Source of the DNA: a virus
Lineage: Duplodnaviria; Caudoviricetes
DNA: 26,190 bases
Reading direction: 5' to 3' (one strand)
Virus record (IMG/VR): IMGVR_UViG_3300032247_000296
Location: 1-26,190 of that record
Made by a program: the position numbers and the translations under genes. Under the pieces are notes generated by a model that saw only the letters and a program-made list of their open reading frames with translations, had not been told where the DNA came from and ran no database searches. How positions within the stretch are numbered: position 1 is the first letter of the stretch; each line of letters starts with the position of its first letter. Of this stretch, positions 8,337 to 16,521 are shown in pieces.

Positions 8337-10730
8337 ATGAAATTTAGAGATTTTATTAGAGAAAACAAAGAGGTTCACCATGTGACGGCATTTGGTCGCA
8401 TGTCGCCTCCTACTACAGGGCATGAAGTCCTTGTAAACAAAGTCAAAGATGTTGCCAAATCTGTCGGCGGCAGTCACAGCGTAGTTCTATCTCACTCACA
8501 CGATAAAGACAAGAATCCTTTATCAGCAGAAGATAAACTCAAACACGCAAAACGATTCTTCCCAAAAACGAATCTTTCTACTTCTAGTAAAGAATCGCCT
8601 ACATTCCTTTCTCACGCAGAAAAGTTACACAAACAAGGTGTAACACACTTACACATGGTTGCAGGCTCTGACCGTGTTCCAGAATACGAAAAGAAACTTG
8701 CACAGTACAATGGTCCTGAAAAGGGTAAGTTATTCAATTTCAAAAAGATAACAGTACACAGTGCGGGTGAAAGAGACCCTGATGCTGAAGGTACTGCTGG
8801 TATGTCTGCATCTAAAATGCGAGCACATGCTAAAGAAGGCAACTTCAAAGAATTCAAAAAGGGTATTCCTAAACATGTACCTGAACATCATGCAAAAGAA
8901 ATGTTTGCTGATGTGCGTAAAGGTATGCAAATCAAAGAGAGTATCAATGAAGAATTTGAATCTCTTTTGTTTGAAGGTGTACACGACAAAGCAATTTTCA
9001 AAGTAGTATTTCTAGCGGGCGGACCAGGTTCTGGTAAAGACTATGTGCTAGATAATACACTTGCGGGCCATGGAATGACAGAGATGAATTCTGATAAGGC
9101 ACTTGAGTTCTTAATGGACAAACAAGGTCTTGATAAGACTATGCCTGCATCAGAAGAAGAAAAAAGAAATATTGTTCGTGACAAAGCAAAGAGTGTTACA
9201 GAGTTGCGTCAACGTCTTGCGATTCTAGGTCGTAATGGTTTGATTATCAATGGCACTGGCGATGACGTAGAAAAGATTACAAAGATTAAAAGTAAACTAG
9301 AAGAAATTGGTTATGATTCATCAATGGTTCTAGTTAATACTGCTGACGAAGTATCTAAACAACGAAACATAGAACGTGGTCAACGTGGTGGTCGTACAGT
9401 ACCAGAAAACATTCGTAAAGAAAAATGGGACAACGTACAACAAGGACGCCCTGAGTTTGCAAAGTTGTTTGGTGATAACTACATGGAGTTTGATAACTCT
9501 GAAGATTTAAGAAATGCACCACCTGATGTAGTCAAAGCTAAAAAAGATGAGATGCTTCAGATGTACACAAAGGTGCAACAGTTCGTAGCACAACCACCAA
9601 GTAATCCTGTTGCATCAGCCTGGATTGCTATGGAGATGCAAAAGAAAGATACACTACCAATACCAAAAGATGGCGCAGAGAAGACTGCACATCCAAATTC
9701 AGGTGCGGCTGAAGAAGCTCGCAGAATGGGTTTGAAGTATTATGGTTTTGGTAGATATGGTAAAGATGGTAAGACAACACATAGAGTTGTGCATGATAAA
9801 CTCGTTGAGGTTGAAAAAGAAGCACATAAAGAACCTAATGTTCCAACCTCAGGAAGTTCAATGAAGAAACCAGAACCTAAAAAGGTTAATGAAGAATTTG
9901 AATCATTCTTCCAAGAGGCTGTATCTGTTTCAATCAGCGGAGATACAGTTGAAGAAGTGCAAGACATGATGAGTTCAATGCAACCATATGAATATGGTGT
10001 TGAACAAGAAGAAACACAATATGGTCTATCTGATAACACTGAAGTTTTGAAACTTGGTACAAAGATGGACATTCTCGACTATACTATCAATGAAGAAAAG
10101 AAAGTAAAATTGTTGAGAGATAAAAGCGGAAAACCAAGAGTATTCTTGCTACGCCGTTCTGCTGCCAAAGAATCACATCTACGTGGTGGTGAAGTAATGA
10201 AGCACCCTAAAGGTTATGTAATTAAAATAAAAGAGGAGAATGACAATGTTGAGACTACTAAAGAGCTTCTTGGGCAAGGCCAAGGAACCAAAACCATTAG
10301 AGACATCCTTACCGAAGGCAGAATTGCCAACAGAGGAATTGAAAGTGGAAACTACAACTTCACCCCAGCCGCAGACAGCATCGGTGTCAACAGTACAGAA
10401 CAAGGTCAAGGTGAATCCAAACCGTACAAAGAAAAAATCACCATCAACCAAATCCGCACCAAGCAAAAAGCAGCCCTCCAAAACCACCAAGAAAGTATCG
10501 ACCAAGGTATAGAGTCTGGTCTTTCAATGGCGAGTTCTGGTGAAAACTTAGCACGCCCATCTGGTGAAAAGATTGACTTGAAAAGAAAAGGCAAGTCAAC
10601 TAGTATTCCAGAATCAATTGGTGCTGGTGGTGAAGATGCAACATCAACTTCAGATAATAATGAATTAGAGTTGAAAAGAAAAGGCATCAATCTAAAAACA
10701 TTCAAAGCAAACAGGTCTATTAGCTCATGA
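8337..10730 (+). CDS. multidomain protein: phage cytidylyltransferase-like domain + P-loop (zeta-toxin/AAA_33-like) kinase + small modules
   Basis: FGRMSPPTTGH (HIGH-like), VAGSDRV, RDPDAEG..GMSASKMR (KMSKS-like); then LAGGPGSGKD Walker A (nt 9018-9038), LIINGTG, RNIERGQRGGRTVPE lid; GLKYYGFGRYG module; starts MKFRDFIRE. Confidence 0.8.
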   Translation: MKFRDFIRENKEVHHVTAFGRMSPPTTGHEVLVNKVKDVAKSVGGSHSVVLSHSHDKDKNPLSAEDKLKHAKRFFPKTNLSTSSKESPTFLSHAEKLHKQGVTHLHMVAGSDRVPEYEKKLAQYNGPEKGKLFNFKKITVHSAGERDPDAEGTAGMSASKMRAHAKEGNFKEFKKGIPKHVPEHHAKEMFADVRKGMQIKESINEEFESLLFEGVHDKAIFKVVFLAGGPGSGKDYVLDNTLAGHGMTEMNSDKALEFLMDKQGLDKTMPASEEEKRNIVRDKAKSVTELRQRLAILGRNGLIINGTGDDVEKITKIKSKLEEIGYDSSMVLVNTADEVSKQRNIERGQRGGRTVPENIRKEKWDNVQQGRPEFAKLFGDNYMEFDNSEDLRNAPPDVVKAKKDEMLQMYTKVQQFVAQPPSNPVASAWIAMEMQKKDTLPIPKDGAEKTAHPNSGAAEEARRMGLKYYGFGRYGKDGKTTHRVVHDKLVEVEKEAHKEPNVPTSGSSMKKPEPKKVNEEFESFFQEAVSVSISGDTVEEVQDMMSSMQPYEYGVEQEETQYGLSDNTEVLKLGTKMDILDYTINEEKKVKLLRDKSGKPRVFLLRRSAAKESHLRGGEVMKHPKGYVIKIKEENDNVETTKELLGQGQGTKTIRDILTEGRIANRGIESGNYNFTPAADSIGVNSTEQGQGESKPYKEKITINQIRTKQKAALQNHQESIDQGIESGLSMASSGENLARPSGEKIDLKRKGKSTSIPESIGAGGEDATSTSDNNELELKRKGINLKTFKANRSISS
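10246..10512 (+). CDS. probable overprinted gene in the +1 frame (amphipathic N-terminus, Pro/Thr/Glu linker, Lys-rich tail)
   Basis: GAGGAG at 10233-10238, 7 nt before ATG 10246; MLRLLKSFLGK...KKKSPSTKSAPSKKQPSKTTKK; host-frame codons switch to C-ending across this interval. Confidence 0.55.
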   Translation: MLRLLKSFLGKAKEPKPLETSLPKAELPTEELKVETTTSPQPQTASVSTVQNKVKVNPNRTKKKSPSTKSAPSKKQPSKTTKKVSTKV

Positions 10731-11242
10731 AATCATTTAAAGCATTTATCGCAGAAGAAACAGACGCTATCGTTGAAAACCTAATGCATGTTCATATGAA
10801 GGACACTGCTGGTAAAAAGGTACAAAAACGTGTTGTTGCAGATGGTAAAAAAGTAGAAACCGCTCATAATAATGCAAAGAAGTATTATGAGAAAAAAGGT
10901 TTTACTGTGAAAAAGACACAGTATCTTGCTGGTCCACTGAAGCACACAGTAAACAAATCTAATGAAACTATGCATCATATTTCAGAAGATTGGCAAGATG
11001 TAAACCATAAAGATAAGACAGATGGTCTTTCACAGAAGGCAGTTAATGCGTATCGTAGAGAACATCCTGGTTCTAAATTAAAGACTGCTGTAACAGAAAA
11101 GAATCCTACTGGTAAAAGAGCTTCAAGAAGACAATCTTTTTGCAGTAGAATGGGTGGTATGAAAAAGAGATTGACTAATCCTGATAATGCAAGAGACCCT
11201 GATAGCCCAATCAATAAGGCATTAAGACGTTGGAATTGTTAA
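10727..11242 (+). CDS. probable head protein with DUF6321-like C-terminal domain
   Basis: Starts MKSFKAFIAEE; GLSQKAVNAYRREHPGSKLK...RRQSFCSRMGGM...SPINKALRRWNC. Confidence 0.7.
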   Translation: MKSFKAFIAEETDAIVENLMHVHMKDTAGKKVQKRVVADGKKVETAHNNAKKYYEKKGFTVKKTQYLAGPLKHTVNKSNETMHHISEDWQDVNHKDKTDGLSQKAVNAYRREHPGSKLKTAVTEKNPTGKRASRRQSFCSRMGGMKKRLTNPDNARDPDSPINKALRRWNC

Positions 11243-12118
11243 ATGGCACAGTATAGAGTAGAAACTGGTTCTTACGACCCAAAAATTTCCAATCATTTTG
11301 AAGTAATGATGTTGGCTAATAACGCCAATGGAGATATTGTATCGACAAGCAATCCATTGCCAGTTTCTATGGTCAACAGTAATAGCACATTAAATGCACC
11401 TTGGGAAATTCAAGTAGCTCGTGGGCGAGTTTCAGGTGTTAATCAATTTAATCTTTTTGCTTATTCGGATACTGTTAAAACCACTTTTTATACATTATGG
11501 GAGCTAACAGGCACTACCCAATACGAATTTCCTGCATCTGCGGTAACAATGACCCTTGCCAGCACATCTGCTTCTGATAACACAAGAGCAACAATTCTTG
11601 TTAGTGGTCTTAATTCAACTTGGGATGCTATAACAGAAACAGTAACGCTAAATGGTGTAACAGGCGTAACCACAACCAATCAGTTTCTTCGTATTAACAG
11701 TATGGTTATGACTAGTACAGGAACAGGTCAAACCACCAATGTAGGTACAATTACTGCAAAAAATGCCGGTATTACTTATGCTCAAATTGACATAGGATTA
11801 GGAAGGTCACAAGCGGGGGTATATTCAGTACCCAATGGTTATACCTTGTACCTTACTTCAATCAATGCTTTTAATGGCGATGCTGCTGCTGGAAATGCTA
11901 TCAATTACCAAGTAAAAAGCACCAATAATGCTCAAACTAACCCTGTAACACTTACTGTATTACAGACAGCATGGGATCAAAGATACCAAGTAATACGAAA
12001 CAACCCTTTCCCTTACACGCAAAAAACCGATCTTCAATGGCAATTTTCAACAGCTAGTGGTACGCATATTGTAGGTTTAATTTTGCAAGGAATTTTGATT
12101 AGCAATACCGCACCGTAA
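11243..12118 (+). CDS. hypothetical, probable beta-rich virion structural protein
   Basis: 291 aa, Thr/Asn/Ser/Gly rich; SNPLPV and EIQVARG motifs; lies within the late block. Confidence 0.6.
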   Translation: MAQYRVETGSYDPKISNHFEVMMLANNANGDIVSTSNPLPVSMVNSNSTLNAPWEIQVARGRVSGVNQFNLFAYSDTVKTTFYTLWELTGTTQYEFPASAVTMTLASTSASDNTRATILVSGLNSTWDAITETVTLNGVTGVTTTNQFLRINSMVMTSTGTGQTTNVGTITAKNAGITYAQIDIGLGRSQAGVYSVPNGYTLYLTSINAFNGDAAAGNAINYQVKSTNNAQTNPVTLTVLQTAWDQRYQVIRNNPFPYTQKTDLQWQFSTASGTHIVGLILQGILISNTAP

Positions 12119-12152
12119 AAAATTTAATTTAAAAAAAAATAGGAGAAACCTT

Positions 12153-12923
12153 ATGTACTCAGATACAAAAATCACACGCTCAGTTGCTGATGCGGTAGAA
12201 AAAATTCTAAACCCTCAACCAATCGCCGAAGAATTAAAAGGCGGTCAGAAGAAACTTGACAAGAACCATAATGGTAAACTTGATGGTCAAGATTTTAAGA
12301 TTCTTCGCAAAGAAGAGGAACTTCAAGACGAAGAAGTTGAACAGATTGATGAAGTTAAAATGTCTGATTTGCCTTCAAGAAAAGTTCAAGGCAGTTCTTA
12401 TGGTTCTTCTAAACCACAACCACATCCATTTGATATGACAAAAGGACCTAAAGATAAAGATTTGAAAGATATCGAATCAGAAAAGAAAAAGAAAAAGTTT
12501 TCCGAGATGGTAAATCTTTATCAAGAAAAAGGTTTGAAGGCTTTATCTGAAATGACAGTTAAAGAAGGTGCTTCTGAAGACCAATGGAACGCACAAGTTG
12601 AAGTTGCTAAATTCAAAGCAAGCACTAAAGATGATGATACTGTTAGACCAGTTAAAAAGAAAACAGATGTTGCTACACCTTTAGAAGTTGCAACAAAAAA
12701 TGAAGAAGTTGAAATCGTTGAATATCCTTTAGACGTAGATGCAATCAATGGTGTTCAATCTGAAACTATTGAAGAACGTAGTTTGACTGCTGACGAAACT
12801 AAGAAAAAAGAAGATATCGTTCATGGAATGAAAAAAGGCATGGCAGGTTTCAAAGAGAGATATGGTGACCGTGCTAAGTCTGTAATGTATGCAACTGCAA
12901 CAAAAAATGCCAAAGGTGATTAA
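12153..12923 (+). CDS. charged modular protein with a single EF-hand-like loop
   Basis: AGGAG RBS; DKNHNGKLDGQD loop (nt 12258-12293); C-terminal KKEDIVHGMKK...RYG..AKSVMYATATK module. Confidence 0.7.
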   Translation: MYSDTKITRSVADAVEKILNPQPIAEELKGGQKKLDKNHNGKLDGQDFKILRKEEELQDEEVEQIDEVKMSDLPSRKVQGSSYGSSKPQPHPFDMTKGPKDKDLKDIESEKKKKKFSEMVNLYQEKGLKALSEMTVKEGASEDQWNAQVEVAKFKASTKDDDTVRPVKKKTDVATPLEVATKNEEVEIVEYPLDVDAINGVQSETIEERSLTADETKKKEDIVHGMKKGMAGFKERYGDRAKSVMYATATKNAKGD

Positions 12924-14096
12924 ATGAAAAAGTTTAGACAACTTTCAGAAGAATTGACACCATCATCAAAACCAGAACCTGGTCGTGAATCAGTTGGTGG
13001 TAGATTTTCTTCTGGTGCGCCAAAGGGTGCAACTAAGCCTGCACCATTAGTAACTTCAGAAGCTAAAGAAGCTGGTGACGATCCGACTGGTGATACACCA
13101 TCTCCAAATCTTGGACTTAAAAAAGGTAAAACAGTTGCTTCTGGTTCTGTTACAGAGGCAACATCTGCCGCTGTTCGTATGCAACGTGCATTAGAAAAGA
13201 TTAGACAAAGCCGTGAAGATTCTGAAAAGAGAGCAAAAGAATTGTTAAAACCAACACCAAAGAATGAAGAAGTAAAAGATGAATATGCCCGTAAGATTGA
13301 CAAGTATTTGAAAAAGAAATATAATAAGGAAGAAGTTGAAATTGAAGAATTGTTAAAACCAACACCAAAAAATGAAGATGCCGATCCATGTTGGAAAGGT
13401 TACAAGATGGTTGGTATGAAAAACAAAAACGGTCGTCAAGTGCCAAATTGTGTTCCAGGTGAAGGTGTTCCTGCTATGAAAAAAGAAGAAATTGTCCAAG
13501 AAGGTCGCCCATCACAGCGCCATCCTTTAGAAGGTCATGAGTATCATAAAAAATCTGATGAGGCATTAGTACACATCGCTAAAGATGCACATGCAGCTGC
13601 TGAAGCAATGAAAGGTCACAACACTACTGCTGAAAACAAGTATCGTGACCAAGCAAATGATTCTGCAACAGTAAGACACTTCCGTAAAACAAGTGGCATG
13701 CCTGATTGGTACAAAAAGAAGTATGGTCATATGAAAGAAGAAATGGAATGCAATCAATCTAAAGCAGGAGTAAAATGTACTGTTCATGGAATGAAAGACT
13801 GCACACCTGGTGAAGTAAAAGAAGCATTCAAACCTATGGATGAACCAAATTTTAATTTGTCTATTCAAGCTCGTCAAAAGAAAGCTGACGAAAATAAAAA
13901 TACATCCACTGTAAAAAATATTGCTAAACAAGCAATGAAAAAACAGGTAACTAAAATGTCTGTTAAAGAAAGCCTTGAAGAATCTCGTAAGGCGGAGATT
14001 GTAAAAGACATTCTTAAAAAAGGTAAAAAGACTAATGATAGTAAGTTTGAACCTGAACCGGTTCTTGGAACAACTGTCGTTAAAGCAGATAATTGA
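12924..14096 (+). CDS. Lys/Glu-rich modular probable internal head protein
   Basis: Starts MKKFRQLSEE; modules DPCWKGY..VPNCVP, HPLEGHEYHKK.., CNQ..CTVHGMKDC separated by x-x-E(E) linkers. Confidence 0.7.
   Translation: MKKFRQLSEELTPSSKPEPGRESVGGRFSSGAPKGATKPAPLVTSEAKEAGDDPTGDTPSPNLGLKKGKTVASGSVTEATSAAVRMQRALEKIRQSREDSEKRAKELLKPTPKNEEVKDEYARKIDKYLKKKYNKEEVEIEELLKPTPKNEDADPCWKGYKMVGMKNKNGRQVPNCVPGEGVPAMKKEEIVQEGRPSQRHPLEGHEYHKKSDEALVHIAKDAHAAAEAMKGHNTTAENKYRDQANDSATVRHFRKTSGMPDWYKKKYGHMKEEMECNQSKAGVKCTVHGMKDCTPGEVKEAFKPMDEPNFNLSIQARQKKADENKNTSTVKNIAKQAMKKQVTKMSVKESLEESRKAEIVKDILKKGKKTNDSKFEPEPVLGTTVVKADN
13237..13378 (+). repeat. 34-bp direct repeat (13237-13270 and 13345-13378, 1 mismatch)
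   Basis: aagaattgttaaaaccaacaccaaa(g/a)aatgaaga, encoding ELLKPTPKNE twice. Confidence 0.9.
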
Positions 14097-14107
14097 TTTA
14101 GTGATAA

Positions 14108-14115
14108 CATAAATA
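14108..14115 (+). promoter_or_regulatory. candidate T4-type late promoter CATAAATA
   Basis: Intergenic, 7/8 match to TATAAATA, upstream of AGGAG RBS and ATG 14146. Confidence 0.65.
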
Positions 14116-14145
14116 GATAACAAAACTAATTTCTAGGAGAAAAAT

Positions 14146-14499
14146 ATGTCTTTATGGTCAAACGTAGACGCAAACACAGGCGCACCAAAGTATGTGACAC
14201 AGTACTTGCAAGTGTATCCAACATCAGCTAACATCAATTTAGCTTATGGTAATACAACTACAAGTGCTTTCATTACAGGTGCAAACGTAGGTATTTTTGG
14301 TGTTGACACAAACGAAATGGCAAACACAAATGCCTCTTCAATCGCAAGTCGCCCAGCACACGCTGGTTGGGTATTGCGTAAGGCAGGTACTGGTGGTCGT
14401 GCAAACCGTGTTACAACTGAAGTTTTGGTTGCAATGGGTTCAATGACTGGTGACGGTTCTGTAACCGCTAACGACAACTTGATTTACGCTAACACATAA
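14146..14499 (+). CDS. small probable virion structural protein
   Basis: MSLW start; GIFGVD..E, PAHAGWV, GGRANRV..EVLVAM motifs recalled from T4-like phage virion proteins; own late promoter and strong RBS. Confidence 0.65.
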   Translation: MSLWSNVDANTGAPKYVTQYLQVYPTSANINLAYGNTTTSAFITGANVGIFGVDTNEMANTNASSIASRPAHAGWVLRKAGTGGRANRVTTEVLVAMGSMTGDGSVTANDNLIYANT

Positions 14500-14903
14500 T
14501 GAATTTCAAACAGTATTTGGCTGAACTTGATAGTCAAGTAAATCAAATTATTAAGGCGACTGATTCAGTCAGTCTTACGGATCCAGAAATTCGTGAGAAG
14601 ATTAATCAGACCCTTAACCATGAATTAACTGATTTGATTCTATCTCCAGAATCTGGTGTTCAACGGGTTCGTAAAGTGCTAAAGTCCTTTGGTTTGGACA
14701 TGCCTGCACTTTACGATGCCGAACCAGAGGGTGAAGAATTGATTCTAGATATAGAATCATTCGATGGAGACGAACAGTTTTATCTTTATTTAATATATTA
14801 CCTCGCTGATGATGGTCGTTATGATTTCTATGCTGAATTGACTGATGCTGAAGGCATAGAAGAAATCATGTCAGATGAGGAGGAAGACGAAGAAGAAGAA
14901 TAA
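14499..14903 (+). CDS. acidic hypothetical protein
   Basis: 134 aa, coupled (TAATG); starts MNFKQYLAE; poly-acidic C-terminus. Confidence 0.7.
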   Translation: MNFKQYLAELDSQVNQIIKATDSVSLTDPEIREKINQTLNHELTDLILSPESGVQRVRKVLKSFGLDMPALYDAEPEGEELILDIESFDGDEQFYLYLIYYLADDGRYDFYAELTDAEGIEEIMSDEEEDEEEE

Positions 14904-15292
14904 TGTCTTTTGATGATTTAAATAATGATAACATCTTGATATACGCAATGAAAGCTTACGATAAACCTAACTGTATTATGAGTGAGTTTAAAGAAGACAT
15001 GAAGCGGTTTAATTACCTTAAAAGACTGTTTAAAAGATATCGAAAACTCGGTGAACTTAGAGAGCAGCTGGTTGTAAATCACTTGGTTGTGTTGTATAAT
15101 GTCTTTGGTCCAGAAGTTGTATCCAGACTTCTGTTCTTTAAGATGGCAAAGGAAGATTATTCTACCTTAAAAACATACATGTTATTTCTCAATATTATGC
15201 CTGAGAGAATTAGGGGTATTAAGGGACAAGAAATTATTTCTTCGGATATTCCGATTGATATGACAATAGCCGAAACTTTAAGAACAAAATAG
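14903..15292 (+). CDS. conserved hypothetical T4-like phage protein
   Basis: 129 aa; YAMKAYDKP.C..EF.ED.KRF.YLKRL..RY...GEL...L..NH...LYNVFG motif recalled from T4-like phages. Confidence 0.75.
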   Translation: MSFDDLNNDNILIYAMKAYDKPNCIMSEFKEDMKRFNYLKRLFKRYRKLGELREQLVVNHLVVLYNVFGPEVVSRLLFFKMAKEDYSTLKTYMLFLNIMPERIRGIKGQEIISSDIPIDMTIAETLRTK

Positions 15293-15308
15293 TTTATCGT
15301 GGAACATA

Positions 15309-16505
15309 GTGAAAAAATTCAGTCAATACCTTACACCTGAAGAAAAACAGCGCAATCTCTCCATTACAGAGAAGGCTTGGTTAATTGCGAAAGAAAAAGC
15401 TGAAGCAGAAGCCAAGTCACAAGAAGAACAAAAACTCCAAGAACAATTAGATAGAGAAGAACAAGAGAGAAAATCTGTTGTCTTTAAAATCAAAGATATC
15501 AACACCATTGTTGAAGAACGAATTGGTGATGAAGTTCCTGAGCCTGAAAACTTCTTGTCTGAAGCAGTATCTGTTTCAATTACTGGTGATACAGTATCAG
15601 ATGTTCAAAACATAATCAATCAAGGCGCAAAGGGTGACAAAGGTGATCCTGGAGAACCTGGACCTAAAGGTGATAAGGGCTACACTGGTGACAAGGGAGA
15701 AAAAGGTGAACGTGGTGAACACGGTCTTCAAGGTTACGCAGGTGTAAAAGGTGACAAGGGTGATGTAGGTCCAAAAGGCGACCAAGGTATTCCTGGTCAA
15801 CGTGGTCCAAGAGGTGAAAAGGGAGACAAGGGTGATAAAGGCGACACTGGTGAAACTGGTGCAGTCGGCGCTCAAGGTGATAAAGGTGACAAAGGGGATA
15901 CTGGTGAGACTGGTGCTCAAGGTCCTCAAGGTGACAAGGGTGATACAGGGGAAAAAGGTCTAGATGGAATTCAAGGACCTAAAGGTGACAAAGGTGATAA
16001 GGGAGACCGTGGTGAGAAAGGTGACACAGGGCTGCAAGGTTTAAAAGGTGACACTGGAGAAAAAGGTCTTGATGGAAAAGATGGCGCCGATGGTAAAGAT
16101 GGCAAAGACGGGAAAGATGGTAAGGACGGAAAAGATGGCGTCACACCAGACTTAAAGAAATTACATGAGAAGATAGACAAGTACTTAAACTCCATGAATT
16201 TTGGAAGTGGCGGTGGTTCTGGTTCTTATTGGTTGAATGATTTAGGCGATACAGACCATGCAAGTCTTGTTAATGCAAGTAATGGTCAAGTTTTAACATT
16301 TGATGAGTCGGTAAAGAAATGGGTTGCATCTAATCCTACCGGCGGTGTGACTAGGATAGTCGCAGGCGCAAACATAAATATTAGTCCAGCGGATGGTCGT
16401 GGTGAGGTTACAGTTAGTTCAACTGCAACAAGTGGTGGTGGCAGTTTAGATTTTGGATATTTTACAGCACCAGCAGGATTTAGTTTAGACATGGGCGCAT
16501 TTTAA
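15309..16505 (+). CDS. collagen-like fibre protein
   Basis: GTG start; long uninterrupted Gly-X-Y run; C-terminal LNDLGD..NGQVLTFD..KW and LDFG/LDMGAF motifs typical of fibres. Confidence 0.85.
   Translation: MKKFSQYLTPEEKQRNLSITEKAWLIAKEKAEAEAKSQEEQKLQEQLDREEQERKSVVFKIKDINTIVEERIGDEVPEPENFLSEAVSVSITGDTVSDVQNIINQGAKGDKGDPGEPGPKGDKGYTGDKGEKGERGEHGLQGYAGVKGDKGDVGPKGDQGIPGQRGPRGEKGDKGDKGDTGETGAVGAQGDKGDKGDTGETGAQGPQGDKGDTGEKGLDGIQGPKGDKGDKGDRGEKGDTGLQGLKGDTGEKGLDGKDGADGKDGKDGKDGKDGKDGVTPDLKKLHEKIDKYLNSMNFGSGGGSGSYWLNDLGDTDHASLVNASNGQVLTFDESVKKWVASNPTGGVTRIVAGANINISPADGRGEVTVSSTATSGGGSLDFGYFTAPAGFSLDMGAF
15624..16145 (+). repeat. Gly-X-Y collagen repeat (58 triplets by manual count)
   Basis: GAK GDK GDP ... 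GKD GKD GVT; 9-bp periodicity. Confidence 0.9.
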
Positions 16506-16521
16506 TGAATAGGGACAAATA

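Noticed and set aside
8970-9640. Zeta toxin of a toxin-antitoxin pair
   Set aside because: Only the generic P-loop kinase fold is supported; no epsilon-like antitoxin is visible and the domain is embedded in a larger protein.
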